The translations under genes and the position numbers were made by a program. Positions 49,370 through 59,219 of a stretch of 64,000 nucleotides of DNA are shown here, in pieces; the first letter of the stretch is position 1, and each line of letters opens with the position of its first letter. Under the pieces are notes generated by a model. That model made no database searches. It was not told where the DNA came from and saw only the letters and a list, made by a program, of their open reading frames with translations. This stretch comes from Synergistales bacterium. Lineage in GTDB: Bacteria > Synergistota > Synergistia > Synergistales > JAFGMB01. The DNA is taken from assembly GCA_963666205.1 (NCBI GenBank), contig OY762654.1:704001-768000 (forward strand), given 5' to 3'.

Positions 49370-49855
49370 CTATTGCGTGGAAGTTAAAGACTGTTCCTCT
49401 CCTTGTGAACCAAATTCCTTCAACTGTTCATTAAGCTTTTTCCCTATCTCAAAGTACTTCATTTCGACTTTTCTGAGTTCTTTCGCATCGGCTTCATATT
49501 CCTTCCTGGGATAGACTCCTCCTCTACTCTTTTCATGGAGTTTCCTGCAGATCAACTTAAGGCTGACCATAGCCTCAAGGAAAGCTGAAGAGTAAGCTCT
49601 CAGGGTAATGAGAAACTGTCCTTCGAGACTCTCATTCTCTGGTTTAAGGGATCGAATAAAGTTTTTCACCTGATCGATCTCATCTTCCATTTCCCCAAGA
49701 CGTTCAATATGGGACAAATAATTTATGGGCCTGAAAATTCCCGGTATGGGAAGGCTTTTACGAATTGAGGGTTTGAAAACATCATCCTCAATAGATACAT
49801 ATTCCTTTATGAGATCATTGACCTTCCGTGCAACCAGGCTTGTTTCACCGTTCAT
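49370..49855 (-). CDS. Hypothetical helical protein
   Basis: Open frame with protein-like composition; overlaps the upstream gene stop by 4 nt. Confidence 0.6.
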   Translation of the reverse strand: MNGETSLVARKVNDLIKEYVSIEDDVFKPSIRKSLPIPGIFRPINYLSHIERLGEMEDEIDQVKNFIRSLKPENESLEGQFLITLRAYSSAFLEAMVSLKLICRKLHEKSRGGVYPRKEYEADAKELRKVEMKYFEIGKKLNEQLKEFGSQGEEQSLTSTQ

Positions 49856-50292
49856 ATTTCAGCCTCCTGTTCCTTATTTTCATCATGTTTCGGAATAATT
49901 TCATCAAGTATAGAGGAAAGTTCCTCAAAAAGACCTTCAAGCTCTGAAAGGTATTCCCGGGAATTAAGCAGGGATGGGTCTCTTTTTGATTTCTTACGCA
50001 TATCCTCCGCTCTTTGTTTACCAGATTCCAGTCTGCGGAGAAGAGCTTCAACTTCCTCTTTCTGATCATGTTCCAGATTTACAAGCTCACTTCTGACGGT
50101 ATTCAGGATTTCTCCGGCGACAGCAACCGCATTATCGGTTTCCCTTGCAGGAAAGGGAAGATACTCTGTCATCGGGGGCTTCTCAATGGAAAGAGATGAA
50201 AACAGGAATATCACCCCGATAACAAGGATACACAAAAATACAGCAGGGTAAAACATTTTTCTACTCATAATGTAGGACGTCCTTTTACGCAA
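49852..50292 (-). CDS. Hypothetical membrane-anchored coiled-coil protein
   Basis: N-terminal TM helix then a Glu-rich helical region. Start uncertain. Confidence 0.6.
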   Translation of the reverse strand: MRKRTSYIMSRKMFYPAVFLCILVIGVIFLFSSLSIEKPPMTEYLPFPARETDNAVAVAGEILNTVRSELVNLEHDQKEEVEALLRRLESGKQRAEDMRKKSKRDPSLLNSREYLSELEGLFEELSSILDEIIPKHDENKEQEAEI

Positions 50293-50503
50293 ATATCCTG
50301 TTTCCTGATATTCTCACAAAGCAAAGGGGATTGTAAAGGCCATATTCCCGATAAGAAAATATGGTATCTCTCTCTAAATATAAATGTCGCAAGAAAAAAC
50401 GAAAGCACATAATGTAAAAAACCATGATCCTCGGTCCAAAGAGCAATGACAGTATTTTCAACATGTTCTGCAAAGATATCGAACAGTTCATGGAAAGACG
50501 CTT

Positions 50504-50635
50504 TCAATGAAAGGCGGTATATCTGCGAGTAGGGTCAAAACATGCGTTAACAATCTCTTCCATACTTAGTGGGCTTGCAATGCCCTGCCAGGCTATATCA
50601 AAGGAAGTGCCATGATCCACAAATGAACGTACAAT
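50504..50635 (-). pseudogene. pdxA: C-terminal remnant of a pdxA-family gene
   Basis: Hand translation IVRSFVDHGTSFDIAWQGIASPLSMEE..., matching the PdxA motif RTS(V/P)DHGTAFDIA..GIA...SM. No upstream remainder seen. Confidence 0.75.
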
Positions 50636-50734
50636 GGTTTGATTGAACCAGGTATTTCTTATTTGCGTTTTAATACCTATGGTATCATCATCTTTAATTC
50701 AGATAACTCAATAAATTCAAAAGAGGTGAGATAT

Positions 50735-51742
50735 ATGTTAAATGTACTTGAAAACAGGATACAGCTTGCCCACCTGCCAACCCCTGTCCAAAAACTGGAA
50801 AGTTTATCTGAACTGTTCGCAGGTCCTGAGATCTACATAAAGAGAGATGACCTGACCGGAATAGGATTTTCAGGTAACAAGATACGTAAACTCGAATATT
50901 GCGCCTATGCTGCAAGAGAAAAGGGATGCGATCTCCTGATAACATGCGGAGGCATCCAGTCGAACCATGCCCGCGCAACGGCAGCAGTGGCAGCAAAACT
51001 GGGAATGAAATGCCATCTTGTGCTCAACGGCAATCCTCCTGAAGTCGCGGAAGGGAACCATTTTCTCGATATGATGTTCGGGACAGATATAACCTACGTA
51101 AGCAACTGCGAACTCGGTGATCTGGAAAAAGAGATCTTTCGAATAGCCGAAACATCCAGAAATAAAGGATATAAACCGTATACCGTCCCCCTGGGAGCAT
51201 CCGATGCTACCGGTTCCCTCGGCTATATAAGGGCCGTGAAGGAAATGAAAAAACAGTTTTCCGATATGGGCTTCATTCCTGACCATATCATCAGTGCCGC
51301 CGGTTCAGGGGGTACCATGTCAGGACTGACAGCAGGTAAGGCTCTTTTTGATCTGCCTTCAAAAATAACCGGTTTCAGCGTTGCCTTTGAAAGGATCTCC
51401 CTTGACACAAAGATCAAAGGGGTTATCAGGGAAATCAGGGACAACTACTTTCCAGAGATAATTCCGGATCTTGCAGATTTTGATATTATCGACAGCTATG
51501 TAGGAGAAGGCTATACAAAAACCGACCTGGAACAACTTGAACTTATAAAAAAAGTAGCAGGCCTGGAAGCCATCCTCCTGGACCCGACCTATACAGGCAA
51601 GGCTATGTTCGGTCTTTCCAGAGAGATCGAAAAGGGAACCTTCAGAAAGGGAGAAAAAGTGCTTTTTCTCCACACAGGAGGAGTTTTTGGACTATTCCCA
51701 TATCGGGAAATGCTCCAGAAAGAATATAAACTGATCGGTTAA
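50735..51742 (+). CDS. D-cysteine desulfhydrase/ACC deaminase family PLP enzyme
   Basis: KRDDLTG...SGNKIRKLE, QSNHAR, GSGGT, LDPTYTGKA, FLHTGG. ATG at 50735 follows GAGGTG. Confidence 0.88.
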   Translation: MLNVLENRIQLAHLPTPVQKLESLSELFAGPEIYIKRDDLTGIGFSGNKIRKLEYCAYAAREKGCDLLITCGGIQSNHARATAAVAAKLGMKCHLVLNGNPPEVAEGNHFLDMMFGTDITYVSNCELGDLEKEIFRIAETSRNKGYKPYTVPLGASDATGSLGYIRAVKEMKKQFSDMGFIPDHIISAAGSGGTMSGLTAGKALFDLPSKITGFSVAFERISLDTKIKGVIREIRDNYFPEIIPDLADFDIIDSYVGEGYTKTDLEQLELIKKVAGLEAILLDPTYTGKAMFGLSREIEKGTFRKGEKVLFLHTGGVFGLFPYREMLQKEYKLIG

Positions 51743-51822
51743 TATTTTATCAATTTTGTTTGAATATCCTGAATGGCTACCCTTTGGAAAATTGAAATAT
51801 CTTCGGTTCAGGGAGGTTTTTC

Positions 51823-52935
51823 ATGCTGCTCCGTCCTACAATAATGAAAGTAAATACCAATAGTTTACGTTTGAATTACCGGAACATCAGGAAGTTAATT
51901 CCTGCCTCCTGCAGTATCATTGCAGTAGTAAAAGCAAATGCCTACTCCCAGGGACTTCTTGAAGTTTCCAGGATCTTCTCCGAAGAGGGTTGCAAGTCCT
52001 TCGCCGTGGCAACACCCGATGAGGCCCTCGAACTCCGAGATTCGAATCCTGACTGTAACATCCTGGTTATGGCGGCGTCCGTACCATCTGCATGTCAGGA
52101 ATATGTAAGGCATGATATTACAGCAACTTGCAGCGATCTGGACTTCCTTCACCAAATGAATGAAGCCGCATTAAGAACAGGACAAAAAGGAAAGATCCAC
52201 CTCAAATTTGACACCGGACTTGGGAGAACCGGTTTTTTCGAAGAAGATGTCCCTTCGATTTTGAGAAACCTTGATAATTTGAATAATATAAGTATTACTG
52301 GTGCCTTCACTCACTTTGCAACTGCTGATGAAGAAAATTCTGATTATACAAGGTGGCAGTTCAGCCGATTCCAGAAGATAATGCAGTTGTTTGAGGCAGC
52401 CGGGAGGCCAGTCAGTTTCCAGCATGTCTGCAACAGCCCAGCGACAGTTAATTATCCCGAGATGTGTCTTAATGCTGTGAGGCCGGGGAACCTGCTCTAC
52501 GGCCTGCCCAGTGGATACTCCGCCAGACCCTTGGACCTCTATCCATCCTGTTCCCTGGAAACGGAAATAATTGCCATAAGGGAACTGCCTCCTAACAGCG
52601 GAATTGGTTATGGATTAAAGTATATGACCAGAGGTGTTGAAAAGATCGGCGTCTTACCAATCGGTTTTCATGATGGTATGACAAGACTGCTCTCAGGAAA
52701 GGCAGAGGTATTGATCCATGGGAAACGAATACCCGTGGTTGGAAACATATGCATGGATCAGACCATGGTTAACCTGACCGGTCTCCCTGACGTAAAGGCC
52801 GGTGACCCAGTGGTTATTTTCGGACACCAGGGGAAAGAAGAAATAACAATAGAGGAAATAGCAAAAAAGCTTGATACAGTGGTAACACAGATCCTGAGCT
52901 TTATCGGCCCCAGGGTTCGCAGGGTTTATATTTAA
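51823..52935 (+). CDS. alr: Alanine racemase family protein
   Basis: AVVKANAY, HLK.DTG, THFA.AD, VRPG, GYG, CMDQ. Several substitutions relative to canonical Alr. Confidence 0.8.
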   Translation: MLLRPTIMKVNTNSLRLNYRNIRKLIPASCSIIAVVKANAYSQGLLEVSRIFSEEGCKSFAVATPDEALELRDSNPDCNILVMAASVPSACQEYVRHDITATCSDLDFLHQMNEAALRTGQKGKIHLKFDTGLGRTGFFEEDVPSILRNLDNLNNISITGAFTHFATADEENSDYTRWQFSRFQKIMQLFEAAGRPVSFQHVCNSPATVNYPEMCLNAVRPGNLLYGLPSGYSARPLDLYPSCSLETEIIAIRELPPNSGIGYGLKYMTRGVEKIGVLPIGFHDGMTRLLSGKAEVLIHGKRIPVVGNICMDQTMVNLTGLPDVKAGDPVVIFGHQGKEEITIEEIAKKLDTVVTQILSFIGPRVRRVYI

Positions 52936-52944
52936 CTTTAATAC

Positions 52945-52971
52945 GTCAGGGGAGCTCTATGCTCCCCTGAC
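52945..52971 (+). terminator. Hairpin after the alr-like gene
   Basis: GTCAGGGGAGC-TCTAT-GCTCCCCTGAC. Confidence 0.7.
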
Positions 52972-53177
52972 TTCCTCCCAGGTGAAAATAGAAAAACACA
53001 ATACATTTATAAAAATAAAATAACAGACCCCTGAATAACTGCTAATAACCCTCATTCAGAGATCCCTGAAAAAAACTTTAAACCATATTTGCAGGACACT
53101 CCAAATGTTAATTAATGCACTTTTATGCAATACATAAAGTTAAGATAATCACTAATTTTGGGAATGTATCTTTTTGT

Positions 53178-53241
53178 TTGACACTTTAAAAACACTACGG
53201 TAAGATACCCACATTATCCACAACCTTTCCGCAATGCGGAT
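53178..53241 (+). promoter_or_regulatory. Sigma70 promoter and candidate IclR operator
   Basis: TTGACA (53178)-N17-TAAGAT (53201). Palindrome TCCGCA-A-TGCGGA at 53228-53240. Confidence 0.7.
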
Positions 53242-53310
53242 TTCCAGGTTTTTATTATTATCAATTGTTATATTTACAATTTTTACTACCTTCGGGAAGG
53301 AGTATGGTTA

Positions 53311-54102
53311 GTGGAAAAGGTAAAAAACAAAGACCTTGTCCAATCCGTAATAAGGAGCACCATGATCCTTGAACTCCTCAGCCAGCAGGGAGAGATGGGC
53401 ATCAGTGATATCAGTGTGTCCCTTGGCCTTGAAAGAACGACAGTTTCCCGAATGGTAGGAACTCTCAGGCATCTTGGATATATCAAACAGAATACGGAAA
53501 ATCATAAATACTCCGTAACATTGAAACTCTTTGAAATGGGTATGACTGAAATAGATCGCCTGGGGATAATCAAAACTGCAAGACCCTACCTGGAAGAGCT
53601 TTCAAAAAACACAGACGAAACAGTAAATCTTGGCATTCTTTCCGGGGCATATGCTCTTTATATAGATACGGTTCAAAGCCCGAGCCCCATAAAAGCAGAC
53701 TGGGGAACAGGCAGCAAGATGCCGGTTCATGCTTCTGCCCTGGGCAAGGTTCTCCTGGCTTTTCAGAAAGATGAAGTCCAGGAAAATATCATAAAAGAGA
53801 TTCCCTTTCTTAAATTTACTTCAAAGACGATCAACAGTGCAGAAGTCCTGAAAAAGGATCTTATGAATATTCGAAACACAGGCTATGCCGTAGATGATGA
53901 AGAGTCTCTTGAGGGCTTGACATCTTTTGCTGCACCCTTACTGGGTTTCAGAGGGGAAGCCATCGCTTCTGTAAGTCTGGCTTTTCCCAAATATCGTTAT
54001 AAAAATGATCCCTCGAGAAGAGATACAATGCTTTCTTTCTTGTTGACCACATCTTCTTCTCTATCAAGGGAACTCGGTTTTTCCGGTTTTATTCCTACTT
54101 AG
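53311..54102 (+). CDS. IclR family regulator
   Basis: VQSV.R...ILE HTH, ETVNL, P.HASALGK.LLA, GYAVDDEE. Confidence 0.92.
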   Translation: MEKVKNKDLVQSVIRSTMILELLSQQGEMGISDISVSLGLERTTVSRMVGTLRHLGYIKQNTENHKYSVTLKLFEMGMTEIDRLGIIKTARPYLEELSKNTDETVNLGILSGAYALYIDTVQSPSPIKADWGTGSKMPVHASALGKVLLAFQKDEVQENIIKEIPFLKFTSKTINSAEVLKKDLMNIRNTGYAVDDEESLEGLTSFAAPLLGFRGEAIASVSLAFPKYRYKNDPSRRDTMLSFLLTTSSSLSRELGFSGFIPT

Positions 54103-54220
54103 GTTAGATTTCCGGAAATATTATGGAGGGAGGTAAGGCCAGAAAGGAATTTCAGTTTGACCGCTAAAGGAAACAGAAGTTCTGGAAATTGAAAATGCAA
54201 AGAAAGGTAAAGAAAAAGGG

Positions 54221-54838
54221 GTGGTAAATAACATGCTGAAAATAATGACAAGTAAGGGATGGCGGATTATGGGATTCCCGCAGAAATTGATAATGATCAT
54301 CTCATCCATGGCTATCCTTACCCTGGTCATAGTACAGGTAGTTCTTCGATACGTTTTTGTAATGCCCCTGATGGGAGTTGAAGAACTCGCTACCATGGTG
54401 GGTTTCTGGCTTTATTTCATGGGTGCTTCCTGGGGAACTGCAGAAAGAACCCACATAAAGGCAGACCTTGTGAACGCCTTTGTCAAGGATCCTAAAAAAC
54501 TTATATGGATCAAGGCATTAACAGGATTTATATCTGTTGCTCTTTCCCTTTTCATGACCTACTGGGGATGGAAGTACGTCCTTTGGGGAATCACGAAAGG
54601 ACAGATGTCACCCACTCTCAGACTGCCCATGATCTATTCTCAGGTCAGTATTTTTATATGTGCGTTACTGATGGATTTTTATTTTGCTGTCGAATTTATC
54701 GATTACTTCTTCCAGGCAATAGGCAAAACGCCCCTTGACATCGGCCGGGAGGAAGAAGAAAAACTGGAAGAACTTCTCGAAGAAGCAAAGGCTGCTAAAA
54801 AACTTTCTAATGGAAAAGGAAGAGGGGAGGATGTCTAA
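54221..54838 (+). CDS. TRAP small permease (DctQ)
   Basis: QV.LRYVF..PL.G.EEL, HIKAD. Start uncertain. Confidence 0.85.
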   Translation: MVNNMLKIMTSKGWRIMGFPQKLIMIISSMAILTLVIVQVVLRYVFVMPLMGVEELATMVGFWLYFMGASWGTAERTHIKADLVNAFVKDPKKLIWIKALTGFISVALSLFMTYWGWKYVLWGITKGQMSPTLRLPMIYSQVSIFICALLMDFYFAVEFIDYFFQAIGKTPLDIGREEEEKLEELLEEAKAAKKLSNGKGRGEDV

Positions 54839-56140
54839 ATGGTTATTGCTATCAATCTAATGCTCCTGATCGGACTGATCGTAATAGGTCTTCCGGTTCC
54901 TCTCTGCTTCATGTCAGCAGCAATCTACATGGGTATGGTTTACGGATTCAGTTTCGGATTCCTTCTTCCTGCAGGATATTACGCACTGAACTCCCTCACC
55001 CTTCTCTCGATGCCTTTCTTCATTATGGCTGGAGCACTTATGTCTTCATCAGGAATAGCCCAGAGACTCACCATCTTTGCACAGGCCTTTCTTGGACGGA
55101 TGAGAGGCGGTATGGGTGCAGCGACCATAGTTGCCTGTGCTATTTTCGGATCCATTTCGGGAACCTGTTCCGCGGCCGTTGCATGTATAGGCGGAATCAT
55201 GATCCCAAGGCTTGAGGATTTCGGTTATCCAAGACCTTATTCTGTTGCAATGGTCAGTTGTGCTTCTGTCCTTGGCCAGCTGATCCCGCCAAGTGTTCCA
55301 ATGATCCTCTATGCATGGGTGACCCAGCAGTCAGTGGCTGCCTGTTTCCTCGCCACTGTCCTTCCCGGTATCCTGATGACCATCCTCATGTGCGTACTCA
55401 ACTACTTCGAAGTGAAGAAGATCCCTACAGTAACGGTAGAGCCCCAGATCCCCTGGGGTGAAAAGATGAAGGTCATAGGAAATGCGACCAGAACAGGAGT
55501 CTGGAGTCTCCTGATGCCTGTTATCATTCTCGGAGGTATTTACGGGGGTATCACGACTCCAACAGAATCAGCTGCAATTGCAGTGCTTTATGCAATACTT
55601 ATAGGATTCTTCGTTCATAAGGAACTGGATATGAAGATACTTGGCCATTCTCTTTCATCCTCTGCAACTACAAGCGGAGTATGTGCCCTCATGCTCTTCT
55701 TTGTGTCCATACTGGCAAAGATATACACCATGCAGCAGATACCCCAGCAGCTTGCAGATTTCCTTCTGAGCCTGTCTGACAATAAGATAGTCATCCTTCT
55801 TCTAGTCAACCTTTTCCTCATACTTATCGGGATGATGATGGACGATTTCAGCGGCACCATGCTCGCAGCTCCACTGCTCCTTCCGCTCATGCTCAAGATA
55901 GGTGTTCACCCGATCCATTTCGCTGCAATAATGGGAACAAACCTCGGGCTTGGAAACGTTACACCTCCGTGTGCTCCCATACTGTACCTGGGAGGGCGTA
56001 TTGGAGGGGCATCCTTCGATGAGTACGTAAAACCGGCTTTGAAAATAATGCTGGTCGTCCAGTTGCCGGTGGTTCTTATAACAACATATGTACCTCAGCT
56101 TTCACTCTTCCTTCCGAAACTGATCATGCATATTAAATAG
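54839..56140 (+). CDS. TRAP large permease (DctM)
   Basis: PFFI.AG.LM, LIPPS.PM, T.TESA, G.VTPP. Confidence 0.92.
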   Translation: MVIAINLMLLIGLIVIGLPVPLCFMSAAIYMGMVYGFSFGFLLPAGYYALNSLTLLSMPFFIMAGALMSSSGIAQRLTIFAQAFLGRMRGGMGAATIVACAIFGSISGTCSAAVACIGGIMIPRLEDFGYPRPYSVAMVSCASVLGQLIPPSVPMILYAWVTQQSVAACFLATVLPGILMTILMCVLNYFEVKKIPTVTVEPQIPWGEKMKVIGNATRTGVWSLLMPVIILGGIYGGITTPTESAAIAVLYAILIGFFVHKELDMKILGHSLSSSATTSGVCALMLFFVSILAKIYTMQQIPQQLADFLLSLSDNKIVILLLVNLFLILIGMMMDDFSGTMLAAPLLLPLMLKIGVHPIHFAAIMGTNLGLGNVTPPCAPILYLGGRIGGASFDEYVKPALKIMLVVQLPVVLITTYVPQLSLFLPKLIMHIK

Positions 56141-56290
56141 CTTTTACTCGAGTTCAGAAGAGTGTCAGGTATTAACACATAACGATCAAAGGATGGTGAT
56201 GCCTCAGGAATACAAAGCCTTACGGAAACTGGTTGAAACTGAAAGAGAGTTCCAGGAGAGAAACTGGTTTTTAAAATTCAAGGAGGTGTA

Positions 56291-57310
56291 TTGAAAGTTA
56301 TGAAAAAGTGTTTGCTCGTTTTCCTCGTTGTTGCATTAGTTGCTACCATGGCCACTGCAGTTTGTGCAGCCCCCAAGTATAAGTTCAAGATGGGACATGC
56401 CAACCCCGTAGATACACCATACGACGTAACTGCAAAGAAATTTGCCGAACTGGCTGGTGAAAAGACCAACGGACAGGTACTGATCAATATTTTCCCCAAT
56501 AACCAGCTCGGTGACTGGACGGAAACTTTCGAGCTTATTATGCGCGGTGATGTTGAGATGGGATTCCAGATCGCCAATGCAGCCTATGATCCCAAGCTGA
56601 ACTTTGCCTACTACATGCCATACGTAGTTCGTAACGTTGCTGAAGCCAGAAAAGCCTACGGAGAAGGCGGCTGGGCTCTGGATATCTGCAAAGATCTCTG
56701 GAAAGAACATGGGATCAAGGCTCTCGCTGTATTCCCGGTGGGAGTAGCCGGCGTTTCCCTTAGAGAGATGCCCCCTGCACCTGGTGATCCCAATGTTGAA
56801 AAGAAGATGAAGATCCGTGTTATGCCTCTTAAAGCCTGTGAGCTTACCTATAAGAGACTGGGATACATTCCTACCCCCATTCCTTATGCTGAATGCTACA
56901 GTGCTATCCAGACCGGTATAGCTGACGGCCAGATGGGCGGAGGAACATTCCAGGCATGGTCTTTCAGAGACGTCAATAATGTGTGGGTAAGATACAATGA
57001 CTACTTCGAGAACCATTTCATAGTAATCAATATGGATATTTGGGACAAGCTCCCCGCAGACGTCCAGAAGGGTCTCCAGGAAGCTGCAAACGAGGCTTCT
57101 GCTCTTCGCTGGGCCCAGGTTGAAACAGAGGATGAGGATTACATCAAGATCCTCAAGGAAGAGAATAACTGGACCATCGTAACCCTTACCGATGCAGAAC
57201 TTGCAGCATGCGCCGACGCAGTCCGCAAGGATGTATGGCCGGAACTTAAGGAAATGCTTGGAGAAGACCTCTTCAACAAAGCTATGAAGGGTGTTGGACT
57301 AGCCCAGTAA
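56291..57310 (+). CDS. TRAP solute-binding protein (DctP)
   Basis: Signal peptide, FPNNQLG, KIRV, TPIPYAE.YSA.QTG..DG. Confidence 0.9.
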   Translation: MKVMKKCLLVFLVVALVATMATAVCAAPKYKFKMGHANPVDTPYDVTAKKFAELAGEKTNGQVLINIFPNNQLGDWTETFELIMRGDVEMGFQIANAAYDPKLNFAYYMPYVVRNVAEARKAYGEGGWALDICKDLWKEHGIKALAVFPVGVAGVSLREMPPAPGDPNVEKKMKIRVMPLKACELTYKRLGYIPTPIPYAECYSAIQTGIADGQMGGGTFQAWSFRDVNNVWVRYNDYFENHFIVINMDIWDKLPADVQKGLQEAANEASALRWAQVETEDEDYIKILKEENNWTIVTLTDAELAACADAVRKDVWPELKEMLGEDLFNKAMKGVGLAQ

Positions 57311-57329
57311 TAGTAATGTTTCTTTTGTT

Positions 57330-57365
57330 TAGAGCAGGACGGGGCAACATTCTCGTCCTGCTCTA
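57330..57365 (+). terminator. Hairpin after dctP
   Basis: TAGAGCAGGACG-N12-CGTCCTGCTCTA. Confidence 0.6.
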
Positions 57366-57490
57366 TGATATTAAGATATCAGAATTGAAAACCTGGATTG
57401 AAAAAATGAAGGCCTGGATCGTTTCTGAAAAAGACCAGGTCTCTTTTATACATGATAATAAATGCTTTTTGTAACAACTCATGAAGGGAG

Positions 57491-58858
57491 TTGGGAAAGG
57501 TGCCCCACAGAGATCTTGAAAAATGTCTGAAACTCGTAGAGGAGGATAAGGCCATCACTTCTCCAGCAGCAAAAATGCCCTATTACCCACTTGTCGTAAA
57601 AAAAGCAAAAGGGTCTATACTGGAGGATCTTGATGGGAACACCTACATTGATATGCTTTCAAGTGCAGGTGCTATAAACACAGGTCACTGTCATCCCCGG
57701 GTTGTAGACGCAATACAGAAACAGGCACAGGATCTTATTCTTTATACTCACGTTTACATGTATCATGAACCTCTGGTCAAACTTACAAAGGAACTTATCA
57801 GTATATCTCCTGGAGACTACAGAAAAAGGGTATTCTACGGCCTTTGCGGATCCGATGCGAATGACGGAGCCATAAAGCTTGCAAGATGGGCTACAGGACG
57901 CACCAAGATCATATCCTTCATCCGTTCCTACCATGGAAGCACTTACGGAGCTATATCCCTGAGTGCAATAAGCCTTCCCATGAGAAGGGGTATAGGCCCT
58001 CTTCTTCCAGAGATATACCACGTTCCCTACCCTGATCCTTATCGGACTCCCTTCCCCGGAATGAATGAGGATGAAGTGGCAGATTACACCCTTAAGGTCA
58101 TCAGAGAAGCCCTTGAAACCTACATTCCCGCAGATGAAGTTGCAGCATTCATAATGGAACCCATCCAGGGTGATGCCGGTCTTATAATTCCACCGGTAAA
58201 GTTTGTTAAAGACCTTAAAAAACTCTGCGAGAAACACGGTATCCTTTTCTTCTCCGAGGAGGTTCAGCAGGGATTCGGACGAACAGGGAAATGGTTCGGC
58301 ATCGAGAATTTTGATGTTGTTCCTGACGGCATTATTATGGGCAAGGCCATGGCTTCAGGACTTCCCCTGGGCGGAGTTGTTGCACGTGCGGATCTGATGG
58401 ATGACTGGCAGGCTCCGGCCCACCTTTTCACGGCAGCCGGCAATCCTGTCTGCTGTGCGGCTTCCCTGGCTACAATAGAAGTTATCCGGGAAGAGAAAGT
58501 GCTTGATCATACGCTGGCAATGGGTGATTACACTATGAAACGTTTCAGAAAAATGCAGGAGAAGTACGAACTTATAGGTGACGTCAGAGGCATGGGCCTT
58601 TCCATAGGTGTAGACCTGGTAAAAGACCGGGAAACCAGGGAACGGAATTGCGAGGCTGCAGCCAAGATCTGTTACCGCACATGGGAAAAGGGGGTCCTTC
58701 TTTCGTTCTTCAGCGGTTCCGTACTGAGAATACAACCCCCGCTGGTAATAACACAGGAAGAACTGAAAACTGCTCTTGACGCAATCGAGGAATCAATCAC
58801 CGAATATCTTAAAGGAGATATTCCCGATTCTGTTCTTGAAACAATCAAGGGATGGTAA
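57491..58858 (+). CDS. Class III (GABA-AT-like) PLP enzyme, isoleucine-2-epimerase/amino-acid-racemase-like
   Basis: YYPLV, GSDAND, SYHGSTYG, EPIQGDAG, GRTGK, GK..ASG, APAHLFT..GNPV, C-terminal GW. Confidence 0.8.
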   Translation: MGKVPHRDLEKCLKLVEEDKAITSPAAKMPYYPLVVKKAKGSILEDLDGNTYIDMLSSAGAINTGHCHPRVVDAIQKQAQDLILYTHVYMYHEPLVKLTKELISISPGDYRKRVFYGLCGSDANDGAIKLARWATGRTKIISFIRSYHGSTYGAISLSAISLPMRRGIGPLLPEIYHVPYPDPYRTPFPGMNEDEVADYTLKVIREALETYIPADEVAAFIMEPIQGDAGLIIPPVKFVKDLKKLCEKHGILFFSEEVQQGFGRTGKWFGIENFDVVPDGIIMGKAMASGLPLGGVVARADLMDDWQAPAHLFTAAGNPVCCAASLATIEVIREEKVLDHTLAMGDYTMKRFRKMQEKYELIGDVRGMGLSIGVDLVKDRETRERNCEAAAKICYRTWEKGVLLSFFSGSVLRIQPPLVITQEELKTALDAIEESITEYLKGDIPDSVLETIKGW

Positions 58859-58907
58859 AAACTGTTTCACGAAATATTGGAATATTAGAGAAGGAGGCTG
58901 CATCCAA

Positions 58908-59219
58908 TTGAAAGGACAGACCGTTAATGCAGGATCATGGGTTCAGATCGAAACCGTAGTTCTGGAACCAGGAGAAAGAACCGGACATCTCCCGGAGGAT
59001 ACCAGACAAGTACCCCTCCAGATGTGGGTTAAGGGATATTTGAAAGAAGATGGTGAAATAGGAGATACGGTAAGGGTTGAAACGTCAATCGGCAGAGAAC
59101 TACAGGGTAAACTGATAGCTGTTAATCCTCCATATGTCCACACATTCGGACGCCCCATACCTGAGTTGCTTCCCATAGGTAACGAACTCAGAGAGTTGAT
59201 CAGGAGGGGGCAGAAATAA
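58908..59219 (+). CDS. ortA: 2-amino-4-ketopentanoate thiolase alpha subunit
   Basis: WV.I...VL...ER...LP.DT..VPL.MWVKG.L, P.Y.H.FG...PELL.IG. TTG start at 58908 follows AGGAGG. Confidence 0.88.
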   Translation: MKGQTVNAGSWVQIETVVLEPGERTGHLPEDTRQVPLQMWVKGYLKEDGEIGDTVRVETSIGRELQGKLIAVNPPYVHTFGRPIPELLPIGNELRELIRRGQK

